A stretch of DNA of 35,629 nucleotides from Bacilli bacterium (GTDB taxonomy: Bacteria > Bacillota_I > Bacilli_A > RF39 > UBA660), in NCBI GenBank assembly GCA_017476705.1, contig JAFUZI010000011.1:1-35629 (forward strand), read 5' to 3'. Position numbers and translations under genes: made by a program. Positions 18,401 through 27,277 of this stretch are shown here, one piece after another. Within the stretch, counting starts at the first letter, position 1; each line of letters begins with the position of its first letter. The notes under the pieces are model-generated. The model was not told the DNA's origin and searched no databases. It saw only the letters and a program-made list of their open reading frames with translations.

Positions 18401-19186
18401 ATGGATAGATTAAACGAAATACTACATGAACTTGGAATATCAAAAGTTAAATTAGCTAAATTTTTAGGTGTATCTAGACAAATGATATATAATTATCTTG
18501 AACTAGATGACATTAATAAATGGCCAAAAGATAAAAAGGTACTATTACTTAATTTACTTGATATCAAATCACCTGAAGAGATTGATAACATTAAAGTAAA
18601 TACGGATTATATATTAAATGTTGAGGCAAAACTTAATAGTTTGGTTGAAACAAATACAATAGCAAACGTAGATACAAAAGATTTATTTAATGGTTTAGAT
18701 AAGGAAAGAAAAGATTTACTTGATAATATAATATCTATAATGAAAGAAGATTTAGATGATGATACAAGTGGTACTGAACTTATAAAATATAAATATTTAC
18801 TTAATTATTTACAAGCAATGGAAACTGCTCCAGAGCTTAAATATATACTTGCTTATATGGCAAAGACAACTGGATTTGTAAAACCACTTGAATTTGCATT
18901 TAATGAAGAAGAACAATTTATATTTGAAAGTATTTTATTCTCAGCAATGACACTTTACAATAGTGGTGGTAAATCAATGATTTCTAAATCTAAATTAATT
19001 GAATCACATAAAAGATTTGTAAATCAAATAGAGCATAAAATGGAAGAGAAGTTATCTCGTACAATGGAACTTAATTCATTAAGAGATCAAGCCCTAAAAG
19101 AATTAAACTACTCTAAATTAAATGATGAAAATGCATCTGAAGTATTTGCTAAAATAGCTGAAATACAATCAAGAAAAATATCTTAA
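18401..19186 (+). CDS. Helix-turn-helix (XRE-like) protein with a ~200-aa helical C-terminal region
   Basis: The N-terminal LGISKVKLAKFLGVSRQMIYNYL is a classic HTH. GGGAGG SD upstream. I do not recognise the remainder. Confidence 0.6.
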   Translation: MDRLNEILHELGISKVKLAKFLGVSRQMIYNYLELDDINKWPKDKKVLLLNLLDIKSPEEIDNIKVNTDYILNVEAKLNSLVETNTIANVDTKDLFNGLDKERKDLLDNIISIMKEDLDDDTSGTELIKYKYLLNYLQAMETAPELKYILAYMAKTTGFVKPLEFAFNEEEQFIFESILFSAMTLYNSGGKSMISKSKLIESHKRFVNQIEHKMEEKLSRTMELNSLRDQALKELNYSKLNDENASEVFAKIAEIQSRKIS

Positions 19187-19208
19187 TTTAAATAAGGTAT
19201 TTTTTTTA
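19176..19208 (+). terminator. Terminator after the HTH gene
   Basis: Stem aaatatctta / taaggtattt with one G-U pair, a 7-nt loop, then T8. Confidence 0.5.
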
Positions 19209-19212
19209 TAAT

Positions 19213-19248
19213 CACTTCCCCTATTATTTTTTTAATATAATAGAAGTG
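19213..19248. other. Bipartite hairpin just downstream of the terminator
   Basis: Outer stem cactt / aagtg (5 bp) and inner stem ctattat / ataatag (7 bp), with a 3-nt bulge and a 9-nt loop. Confidence 0.4.
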
Positions 19249-19704
19249 GTAGTGTAGAAGAAGAATAACATATTATTAAAGTTTTTTTAATTAACTAGAT
19301 TGATAATTATTCAACTTTATTTAAATAATAAACTTTAAATTATATAAAATAATAATAGTTTTATATAATTAATTAAAAATATATTATCAAATGTTTTCAG
19401 AAAATAATTATTAAATAATAATATTTATTAAAATTAAAAATAAATAAATATAATTAGAAAATATCTTATTTTATAAGGTAATTTAAGATTGATAACTATC
19501 TTATTTCACTACAATTTATTACTTCGTATAATATATATTATGTTACCTAACAAAAATTATTTTGGATTTATATAAAAGTAGTGCTACTCTTTAGTATATA
19601 TATTATAAATAATTATATTCATAAAACATATGGTAATATTTGGTTATAATATTTAATACATACTTATGCTCTTCTTGTAAATAATACTACTGGGTGGTGG
19701 AATT

Positions 19705-19893
19705 ATGAAAAGAAATAATAACAATAAACAATCAAATAACAACCTAAAAAATAGTTTAAATCAATCTAACAGAAATAGTAACAATAATAATAGAAATAAT
19801 GAAAAGAGTAATGTTAGAAATTCAAACAAAAATACAATAGGTTTTGAAAATAATTGTGATGACAATTCTTCAAAAAATAATGATTGTGATTAA
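19705..19893 (+). CDS. Asn-rich 62-aa ORF of unknown function
   Basis: An SD-like GGTGGTGG precedes the ATG, and a strong terminator follows at once. The composition is dominated by N/K/S, with two Cys in an acidic C-terminus. In DNA this AT-rich, an open frame of this length is only weak evidence. Confidence 0.4.
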   Translation: MKRNNNNKQSNNNLKNSLNQSNRNSNNNNRNNEKSNVRNSNKNTIGFENNCDDNSSKNNDCD

Positions 19894-19901
19894 ACCCATT
19901 T

Positions 19902-19925
19902 AAAAAGGACAATTTTGTCCTTTTT
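19902..19925. terminator. Bidirectional terminator between the Asn-rich ORF and zupT
   Basis: aaaaaggac / gtccttttt with loop aatttt. Confidence 0.7.
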
Positions 19926-20640
19926 AAATTACAAATATACTAATTAACATAATTATAAAGCCTACCATAAAATATCCCACTACTCTTCTACTCTTTTCTT
20001 TTATGAAATTAGGAATTAATTCATAAATTGAAACTTGTATCATTATTCCAGCGATTATAGAAAGTATTATGCCAATAAAAAAATTATTTATATAATCTTT
20101 TAAAAAGAACAATGCTACTAAAGAACCGGCAAATTCTGAAAATCCAGCCATAAAAGTATATATAAATGCCCTTTTAAATGAATTAGTAGAGTAATATATT
20201 GGAAGTGCTACTATTACTCCTTCTGGAATATTATGAAGCGCAATAGACGTTGCTAGTGTAATTCCTAACTTAATATCAATATTACAAGCGACAAATGTTG
20301 CAATCCCCTCAGGAATATTATGTATAATAATTGCAATCATACTAATTATCCCTACTCTATATATATTATTATCAACTGTTATATATTTATCAATTAACAT
20401 AGAAATTATAACGCCAAATACAATAAAAATTAAAACAATTAATATATTAGGAAATATTTTAAAATAAAAGGATAATTTATAAAATGATTCTGGAATCAAA
20501 TCAAATAAAGATACAGATATCATTACTCCACTTGCAAAAGCAAAAGAATAACTTATTACTTTTTTGCTATTACATTTAATAAATATTAAACCAATTAAGG
20601 TAGATAAACTTGCAAATAACGAAAGTAATAGTGAATTCAT
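19924..20640 (-). CDS. zupT: ZIP-family metal (zinc) transporter
   Basis: Polytopic 238-aa protein with two HNIPEG motifs (HNIPEGIATF, HNIPEGVIVA). Confidence 0.8.
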   Translation of the reverse strand: MNSLLLSLFASLSTLIGLIFIKCNSKKVISYSFAFASGVMISVSLFDLIPESFYKLSFYFKIFPNILIVLIFIVFGVIISMLIDKYITVDNNIYRVGIISMIAIIIHNIPEGIATFVACNIDIKLGITLATSIALHNIPEGVIVALPIYYSTNSFKRAFIYTFMAGFSEFAGSLVALFFLKDYINNFFIGIILSIIAGIMIQVSIYELIPNFIKEKSRRVVGYFMVGFIIMLISIFVI

Positions 20641-20663
20641 ATAATCACCTTATTAATACTATG

Positions 20664-20693
20664 AAAAAAAGATAACTTAAATGTTATCTTTTT
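20664..20693 (-). terminator. Terminator-like hairpin between the HExxH protein gene and zupT
   Basis: On the minus strand, stem agataac / gttatct followed by T7. It ends only about 25 nt before the zupT start. Confidence 0.5.
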
Positions 20694-21669
20694 AATAAAT
20701 CCTTTTGGTATAAGTTTTACATTGATCACACATTATATCAACACAGTTATCAAAATTAATATTATATTCATCAAGTAAATCTTCTAATAGCATTTCTCCC
20801 GATATAACTTTACCAACTGATATATCAATTTTATTTTTAACAAAATCATTACTTTTATAATATAAATCAAATAATCCTGTTGCACAAATATTAGATAATA
20901 TATAGATTTTTTTGTGCAATTTCAAATATGAATTATTTTTTGAATTATCTATATTATCTAAAGCTCTTTTAGTACTTAAAAGTCTATTTAATATTACTTT
21001 ATCCAAAAGCTCATTATTTAAATCATATGATGCAACCTTTTCCATAAACATTGGAAGCATTTCATTTAAAAGCATATTTTTTACAATTCCTTTATTACGA
21101 TTAACAAGTGCATGTGTCATTTCATGAACATAAACTTGCGTCAAAAATTCACTGCACTCCCCTTTTAAATAAATGGAACTAATAGAATAAGGAATTTTTT
21201 TTACAAAATCATTGCCTAGTTTTTTTATTGAAAAAGGCAATGCATAATTTTTTGTTTTACCACTATTAAAAGATCCTGATTGTACAACTACATCTACATC
21301 ATAAATATTAATCTTTTTTGAATTATTATTAATAAGTTCAAGTATTTTATCAGAGTCATAAATTGATGGTTTCTTACCAAATTTAAGAAGTATTAACTTC
21401 GCAAGTTCATCCATATCATTATAATTAACCTTTAAATCTATATTATTAAAATGTTTTTTTAAAATATATTTACCATTCTCCAATATATCATTTTTCGAAC
21501 ATAAATTATATTTAATATCATTAGTAACATCATCATATAAAGAATCAATCATCATCTGCCTTACTTTGTCATAATCGGTAGAATTAAAAAAATCACTATC
21601 AGATTTTTCGAATCCATGGGATAGCATTTTTTGCTTATATTTATATTGTTTATTACCATTAAATACCAT
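20692..21669 (-). CDS. Putative zinc metallopeptidase (HExxH), family not recognised
   Basis: 325-aa ORF with VYVHEMTHAL, an AGGAG SD, and its own consensus promoter. Confidence 0.45.
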   Translation of the reverse strand: MVFNGNKQYKYKQKMLSHGFEKSDSDFFNSTDYDKVRQMMIDSLYDDVTNDIKYNLCSKNDILENGKYILKKHFNNIDLKVNYNDMDELAKLILLKFGKKPSIYDSDKILELINNNSKKINIYDVDVVVQSGSFNSGKTKNYALPFSIKKLGNDFVKKIPYSISSIYLKGECSEFLTQVYVHEMTHALVNRNKGIVKNMLLNEMLPMFMEKVASYDLNNELLDKVILNRLLSTKRALDNIDNSKNNSYLKLHKKIYILSNICATGLFDLYYKSNDFVKNKIDISVGKVISGEMLLEDLLDEYNINFDNCVDIMCDQCKTYTKRIY

Positions 21670-21695
21670 AAGAAACTCCTTTTTTTATGCCAAAT

Positions 21696-21724
21696 ATTAT
21701 ATATCTATTTATATTTCGAGTCAA
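21696..21724 (-). promoter_or_regulatory. Sigma-A consensus promoter for the HExxH protein gene
   Basis: On the minus strand: TTGACT (21724-21719), 17 nt, TATAAT (21701-21696). Confidence 0.5.
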
Positions 21725-21744
21725 TAAAAAAAGACAATGCAAAA

Positions 21745-22452
21745 TTATCTTTTTAATTTTTTTAATTCATCTTTATAAGTTTTATCAACTCTATATGAAT
21801 CACATATTTTATCTATACTTTTATTATAAGTAAATTTATCTAAATTATTATTTAACAAGTACTTCATTGTTTTATCAGGATATTTTATAAAGCAAATTGA
21901 TATAAGCCATGCATTAGCCATTTCAACATAATAATCATCACTCTTAATACTATCAATTATAGAATACAATTCATCAATATAATCATCATTTATATAATAG
22001 TCAAGTAATAAAACTAAAGCAAATCTAATATCCCATAAATTAGTTGATTTTAACAATTTTTTTATAAAGGCAAATCCTTCTTCTTGATTATTTTTAAATA
22101 CCTTTAAATTGGCACATACAGTGTCATTTATTGCCCAATTATCATTATATGGTATAAATATATTCAAATGCTCTAAAACGGCTTTAAATGGCTCTTTAAT
22201 ATATCCTAAAACAAGTCCATATATCATATCTTCTTCATATGTATTGTGACTATTATATTTTATATAGTCTTTATAATTACTTTTAGATATTTCCTTAGCA
22301 ATTTTTTTTAAAATTGGGATTCTAATTCCAATAATATTCTTATCTTTTACAAGTTTAGAATGAAATTTTAAATAATTTAAATCTTGATATGAATATAGGT
22401 ATTTTAAAAATTCATTATAGTTGTCTTTATAATTAAAATTATTTAAGTTCAT
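21745..22452 (-). CDS. DNA alkylation repair (AlkD-like HEAT-repeat) family protein
   Basis: 235-aa helical protein. The pattern IGIRIPILKKIAKEI ... NDNWAINDTVC ... WDIRFALVLL ... YYVEMANAWLIS matches what I remember of the PF08713 family. It overlaps the deoB stop by 14 nt. Confidence 0.55.
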   Translation of the reverse strand: MNLNNFNYKDNYNEFLKYLYSYQDLNYLKFHSKLVKDKNIIGIRIPILKKIAKEISKSNYKDYIKYNSHNTYEEDMIYGLVLGYIKEPFKAVLEHLNIFIPYNDNWAINDTVCANLKVFKNNQEEGFAFIKKLLKSTNLWDIRFALVLLLDYYINDDYIDELYSIIDSIKSDDYYVEMANAWLISICFIKYPDKTMKYLLNNNLDKFTYNKSIDKICDSYRVDKTYKDELKKLKR

Positions 22453-23596
22453 TCAACACACTTTCACCATAAGGACTATCTACATTAAAATTATCAGCAA
22501 TAGTTGCACCTATAGAAGCAAATGTTTTAAAATTGTCTAATCTCTTCATTCCATTAAACTTTTTTGAATACATAATAACTGGTACATCTTCTCTTGTATG
22601 ATCTGTTCCAATATAAGTTGGATCATTACCATGATCTGCAGTTATCATAAGTAAATCGTCATCTTTTAAATGATTTAATATAGTAGGAATATAATTATCA
22701 AATTCTTTTAATGAATTACCATATCCAACGACATCTCTTCTATGACCATATTTCATATCATAATCATTTAAATTAGCAAAACATAAACCATTAAAATCTG
22801 TATCAATAGTTTCTATTATTTTGTTTATTCCATCCAAATTATCTTTTGTTTTATTAATTGATGTAACTCCATTATTATTAAATATATCACTTATTTTACC
22901 AATTGATATAACACTATAACCTTTTTCTTTTAAATTATCAAGTACTGTCTTATGAGCAGGATCCAAAGCATAATCATGTCTTCCAGCAGTACGTGTGAAA
23001 TTTCCTGGTGTTCCAATATATGGACGAGCTATAATACGCCCTACTTTCCATTCTTCACGTTTTGTAATTTCTCTAACGCCTTCACAAATTCTATATAACT
23101 CATCAAGTGGTATAACTTCTTCATGAGCAGCTATTTGAAGTACAGAATCAGCAGATGTATATACAATTAATGCGCCTGTTTTAATTTGTTCTTCTCCTAA
23201 TTCTTCTATAATTTCAGTACCAGATGCTGCTTTGTTTCCAATTACATCTCTACCACTTATTTTTTTTATAGAATCAATTAATTCATCAGGAAAACCTGTA
23301 TTTAAAAACGTTTTAAAAGGTACTTTTGTAACGACACCCATCATCTCTAAATGTCCAGTTAAAGTATCCTTACCATTACTTTCTTCTTCTGCTTTTGTAT
23401 AATAAGAAATTGTTGAATCATTAGTATTATTTAATAAATTAAAATAGCCAAATTTTTTAAAATTAGGTAGTTCAACATTAGTTTTTTCTACTGTATGACC
23501 AAATGTATTAACATTAAAATCACCAAACTTAGAAGCATCCTTTGCTTCTCCAATTCCAACTGAATCTAATACTATTAAAAAAATTCTTTTAAACAT
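22439..23596 (-). CDS. deoB: Phosphopentomutase
   Basis: MFKRIFLIVLDSVGIGEA and ITADHGNDPTYIGTDHTRE are DeoB hallmarks. I moved the start to 23596, which removes the overlap with xerD. Confidence 0.9.
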   Translation of the reverse strand: MFKRIFLIVLDSVGIGEAKDASKFGDFNVNTFGHTVEKTNVELPNFKKFGYFNLLNNTNDSTISYYTKAEEESNGKDTLTGHLEMMGVVTKVPFKTFLNTGFPDELIDSIKKISGRDVIGNKAASGTEIIEELGEEQIKTGALIVYTSADSVLQIAAHEEVIPLDELYRICEGVREITKREEWKVGRIIARPYIGTPGNFTRTAGRHDYALDPAHKTVLDNLKEKGYSVISIGKISDIFNNNGVTSINKTKDNLDGINKIIETIDTDFNGLCFANLNDYDMKYGHRRDVVGYGNSLKEFDNYIPTILNHLKDDDLLMITADHGNDPTYIGTDHTREDVPVIMYSKKFNGMKRLDNFKTFASIGATIADNFNVDSPYGESVLNELK

Positions 23597-23609
23597 AAAT
23601 ATTTCCTTT

Positions 23610-24494
23610 CTAATTATGAGGATGAGATTCCTCATAGTTCTCTTTTATTTTTTTATTTGATATATGTGTATATATTTGAGTTGTAGATATATCACTATGT
23701 CCAAGTAACTCTTGTATACTTCTTAGATCAGCACCATTTTCAAGCATATGTGATGCAAACGAATGTCTAAGTGTATGTGGCGATACATTCTTCTTAATAT
23801 TCTTATCTCTAATAATTTTTTTTATTAATTTAAACATAGCTTGTCTAGATATTCTATCTCCTCTTGAATTTAGAAAAATATAATCTGAAACTTTATTATG
23901 CATCAAACTACTTCTATACACATAAATATATTTTTTTAAATAGTTTATTGCATAATCACCTATCGGAACAATTCTTTCTTTAGAACCTTTTCCATAAATT
24001 CTAACTATGTCATCTTCTAAATCAATATCTTGCATCTTTAAATTAACAAGCTCACTAATTCTAAGACCAGATGAATACATAAGCTCAAGCATCGCTTTAT
24101 TTCGATAACTATATTTATCATTAAGTTCAATATCTAATATTTTATCAATCTCATCAAAAGATAATGTATGCGGGAGACTTTTTTTTAATTTAGGGAGTTC
24201 TATATCAATGGTTGGATCTACTTTGATTATTTGTTCTTTTAAAAGATACTTATAAAAATTTTTTATAACAATCAAATCATGTGAAATTGTTCTTGCGGAT
24301 TTATCATTTAATTTTTCATTTTCTATAAATGAAATAACATCTTTTTTATTCAAACAAGTTATATCTTTATCATTTATAAACAATACAAATTTAGACAAAT
24401 CATTTTTATAAGACTTTATAGTATTTAAACTATATTTCTTGTCAATTTTTAAATAATCAATATATTCATTAATATAGTCTTTATTCATATACAT
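23610..24494 (-). CDS. xerD: Tyrosine recombinase XerD (chromosome dimer resolution)
   Basis: Motifs SGLRISEL, HTLRHSFASHML and LGHSDISTTQIYTH, with the xerD-deoB adjacency seen in Bacillus. Confidence 0.8.
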   Translation of the reverse strand: MYMNKDYINEYIDYLKIDKKYSLNTIKSYKNDLSKFVLFINDKDITCLNKKDVISFIENEKLNDKSARTISHDLIVIKNFYKYLLKEQIIKVDPTIDIELPKLKKSLPHTLSFDEIDKILDIELNDKYSYRNKAMLELMYSSGLRISELVNLKMQDIDLEDDIVRIYGKGSKERIVPIGDYAINYLKKYIYVYRSSLMHNKVSDYIFLNSRGDRISRQAMFKLIKKIIRDKNIKKNVSPHTLRHSFASHMLENGADLRSIQELLGHSDISTTQIYTHISNKKIKENYEESHPHN

Positions 24495-24554
24495 TACCCT
24501 ATTACATTATACCATTTTTTTTTAAAATATGCTAGAATATAGGTGGTGATTTAT

Positions 24555-25766
24555 ATGGAACCATTAGCAATTCAAATGAGACCTAAAAATATAGATGAAG
24601 TGATTGGGCAAAAACACCTATTGGGTAATAAGATGCCACTTTATAATTTAATACAAAATAAATATTTGTTTTCAATGATTTTGTATGGTAAACCAGGCAT
24701 CGGAAAAACAACAATTGCACTTGCAATAGCTGAAAGTTTAAAGATAAAATATAGAGTTTTAAATGCTGTAATAAATTCTAAAAAAGACTTTGATATAGTT
24801 ATTGAAGAAGCAAAACTATATAACGGAATGATTGTTATTATAGACGAAATACATCGCATGAATAAAGATAAGCAAGATTTACTTTTACCATATCTTGAAA
24901 GTGGCATAATAACACTTATAGGCCTTACAACTTCCAATCCATATCATAGAATTAATCCGGCAATTAGAAGTAGATGTCAAATATTTGAACTTAAAGAACT
25001 AGAAAAAGAAGATATTATATATGCTTTAAATAAAGCTATTAAATCTAATATTTTAAATGATATAAAAATAGATGAAAATGCAATTAATATGATTGCAGAT
25101 TTATCAAATGGTGATTTAAGATATGCATATAACTTACTTGAATTTGCCTATTTTGCATCAAGTGATAAAAATATAACAATAGATCATTTACAAAATATAA
25201 ATGCAAAATCTAATGTATCAATAGATAAAAATGAAGATGGTCATTATGATGTTATAAGTGCCTTTCAAAAATCAATTAGGGGATCAGACGTAAATGCTTC
25301 CCTACATTATTTAGCTCGTCTAATTGAAGCAGGAGATTTAGATATAATTTATAGAAGAATGACAGTTATTGCTTATGAAGATATTGGGCTTGCAAATCCT
25401 TCAATTGGGCCTAAAGTTGATGCTGTAATTAATGCTTGTGAAAGACTTGGACTTCCAGAAGCTAGAATCCCACTTGGTGACATGGTAATAGAAATGGCTT
25501 TATCTCCAAAATCCAATAGTGGCCACATTGCTCTTGACAAAGCAATAAATGATGTTAGATTAGGTAATATTGGGCCTGTACCTATCAATATTAAACAAAA
25601 TCCTGTTGGATATAAATATCCTCATGACTACCCTAATTCATGGGTTAAACAACAATACCTACCAGATAATATTAAAAATAAAAAATATTATAATCCTAAA
25701 TTAACAAGTAAATATGAGCAAAGTTTAAAAAATGTATATGATAAAATAGAAAAAAATAATAATTAA
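24555..25766 (+). CDS. rarA: Replication-associated recombination protein A (RarA/MgsA AAA+ ATPase)
   Basis: Walker A GKPGIGKTT, Walker B IIDEIHR, and the MgsA C-terminal HYDVISAFQKSIRGSD. AGGTGGTGA SD precedes the ATG at 24555. Confidence 0.9.
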   Translation: MEPLAIQMRPKNIDEVIGQKHLLGNKMPLYNLIQNKYLFSMILYGKPGIGKTTIALAIAESLKIKYRVLNAVINSKKDFDIVIEEAKLYNGMIVIIDEIHRMNKDKQDLLLPYLESGIITLIGLTTSNPYHRINPAIRSRCQIFELKELEKEDIIYALNKAIKSNILNDIKIDENAINMIADLSNGDLRYAYNLLEFAYFASSDKNITIDHLQNINAKSNVSIDKNEDGHYDVISAFQKSIRGSDVNASLHYLARLIEAGDLDIIYRRMTVIAYEDIGLANPSIGPKVDAVINACERLGLPEARIPLGDMVIEMALSPKSNSGHIALDKAINDVRLGNIGPVPINIKQNPVGYKYPHDYPNSWVKQQYLPDNIKNKKYYNPKLTSKYEQSLKNVYDKIEKNNN

Positions 25767-25794
25767 AAAACAACTTTTTAAAAAGTTGTTTTTA
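25765..25794. terminator. Bidirectional terminator between rarA and the pilC-pilD-lipoprotein operon
   Basis: aaaaacaacttttt / aaaaagttgttttt palindrome. Confidence 0.7.
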
Positions 25795-25812
25795 TTTAAT
25801 CAACAATAAAAG

Positions 25813-26481
25813 TTATTCATTATATGCTATTGCGTAATTAATAATAATTTCAACATCATCATAATCAATATATTTCATTTTACCATCTTTATTTGAAATA
25901 AGTGGAACATATATTTTGTCAGTAAATTCAGAATCTACATTATCTGCTAATATACTATATAAATCAATAATTTTACCATTTTTATAGAACACTATAGATG
26001 CATCTAACAAATCAATTTTTTTGCTGCTATTATTAGTTATTTTAATATTTAACTCTTCATCTGTTGATTTAACTATATTACCTTTAACCTGATCTATATA
26101 TGATGTTTCATTACTATATTCATAATTAGTATTTGTAAGAGTTAATTCAACTTTTTTTACATCCTTACTATCAGATAGAATTTCATCATAAGAAATTTTA
26201 TAAATATTCTTTTGTCCTTTAGAAAATTTATGAATATATTTTTTTTCAACACCAAGTAATCTATTTTTATTATCATAAATTGCTATATTAATAGTAGCAT
26301 CATCAATAGCTTTATCTTTATTAGTTATCTCCAAAATTATATTATCATCTGCAGAAAATAAATAATTTAGAGTTAAATCATTATTTTGATTTATTATAAC
26401 TTTTACATTATTAGAATTTTTACTTTCACATCCTGTAAAAAATGTAAAAGCAACAACTAATGCAAATAAAATTTTTTTCAT
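25813..26481 (-). CDS. Lipoprotein with internal domain duplication
   Basis: Signal peptide plus lipobox MKKILFALVVAFTFFTGC. Two similar segments: LEITNKDKAIDDATINIAIYDNKNRLLG and IKITNNSSKKIDLLDASIVFYKNGKIIDL. Confidence 0.6.
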   Translation of the reverse strand: MKKILFALVVAFTFFTGCESKNSNNVKVIINQNNDLTLNYLFSADDNIILEITNKDKAIDDATINIAIYDNKNRLLGVEKKYIHKFSKGQKNIYKISYDEILSDSKDVKKVELTLTNTNYEYSNETSYIDQVKGNIVKSTDEELNIKITNNSSKKIDLLDASIVFYKNGKIIDLYSILADNVDSEFTDKIYVPLISNKDGKMKYIDYDDVEIIINYAIAYNE

Positions 26482-26506
26482 ATTTCAAATCACCTTATTT
26501 CTTATA

Positions 26507-27268
26507 TTAAATTGTAAGCATTTCTATTATCATATTAAAATCAATTCTTGATAATAATAATATAATAGCACTTATACTTAAAAATGGACCAAATGGAATA
26601 ATATTTGTCTTATTTTTAAATAATATTAATAGTGAAATTGGAAGGCCTATAATTGATGCTAAAAAAATTGTTATAATTGCTAATTTATAATTTAATACTA
26701 AACCAATAACACCCATTAATTTAATATCTCCACCACCCATTGATTCCTTTTTAAATAAAAAGTCACCAAGTTTTTTAAGTAAAAACATTATCATAAAAGA
26801 TATTATTCCATCAAATATATTGATATATACATTTACTCCATTTTTTATAAAAAGTTCAATAATTAGCATAATAGATGCAACAACTAAAACGGAATCAGGT
26901 ATTATCATTGTTTGATAATCACTTATTATTATAATTAATAACATTGATATAAAAGTTATTGCGATAAAAAAGTCAATCGAAAAACCAAAAATCAAATAAG
27001 AAAGCATAAATAATAGTCCTGTTGTTGTCTCAAATATAGGATAAAATAAAGATATTTTTGCTTTACAATTTTTACATTTTCCAAATTGAAATAAATAAGA
27101 TAAAATCGGAATAAGTTCACTCACTCCTAGTCTATGGTTACATTTAGGACAATGAGAAGGAGGTTTAATTAAGGATTCCTCTCTTGGCAAGCGATAACCA
27201 CATACATTATAGAAGGAACCTAAAACGGTTCCAAATATAAATGTCATAATTGAATAATAAACTGTCAT
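26507..27268 (-). CDS. Prepilin peptidase (A24 family, PilD/ComC type)
   Basis: N-terminal CPKC...CKNC zinc site and Asp motifs IISDYQTMIIPD and GGGDIKLMG. Polytopic. Confidence 0.85.
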   Translation of the reverse strand: MTVYYSIMTFIFGTVLGSFYNVCGYRLPREESLIKPPSHCPKCNHRLGVSELIPILSYLFQFGKCKNCKAKISLFYPIFETTTGLLFMLSYLIFGFSIDFFIAITFISMLLIIIISDYQTMIIPDSVLVVASIMLIIELFIKNGVNVYINIFDGIISFMIMFLLKKLGDFLFKKESMGGGDIKLMGVIGLVLNYKLAIITIFLASIIGLPISLLILFKNKTNIIPFGPFLSISAIILLLSRIDFNMIIEMLTI

Positions 27269-27277
27269 AAAACCACC

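Noticed and set aside
19235-19285. A minus-strand mini-ORF, MLFFFYTTTSIILKK, convergent with the HTH gene, as an SHP-like pheromone.
   Set aside because: It has no SD and no basic N-terminus, it overlaps the hairpin region, and a 15-codon frame in AT-rich DNA is not evidence.
19298-19500. Fur/Zur-box-like sequences agattgataattattcaac (around 19298) and agattgataactatc (around 19487).
   Set aside because: Only the TGATAAT half-site matches (about 11/15 to the Fur consensus), which is expected by chance in DNA this AT-rich. They are also not positioned at the promoter of zupT, which is transcribed from the other side.
19209-19704. The AT-rich gap as a CRISPR array, a type III toxin-antitoxin RNA repeat array, or a replication origin.
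   Set aside because: I found no periodic direct repeats, no spacer-repeat structure, no adjacent cas or toxin genes, and no TTATCCACA-type DnaA boxes.
19705-19893. The Asn-rich ORF as a RiPP precursor or as the secreted peptide partner of the neighbouring HTH protein (an RRNPP-type pair).
   Set aside because: It has no hydrophobic signal or leader segment, there are no modification, radical-SAM or export genes nearby, and it is separated from the HTH gene by a terminator and ~500 bp.
23610-24494. The tyrosine recombinase as the integrase of a mobile element.
   Set aside because: Its size, its XerD-type motifs (LGHSDISTTQIYTH) and the conserved xerD-deoB adjacency indicate the housekeeping dimer-resolution recombinase. 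No flanking repeats or cargo genes are visible.
24530-24538. TGcTAGAAT as an extended -10 promoter for rarA.
   Set aside because: The predicted transcription start would fall inside the AGGTGGTGA SD and would remove the ribosome-binding site.
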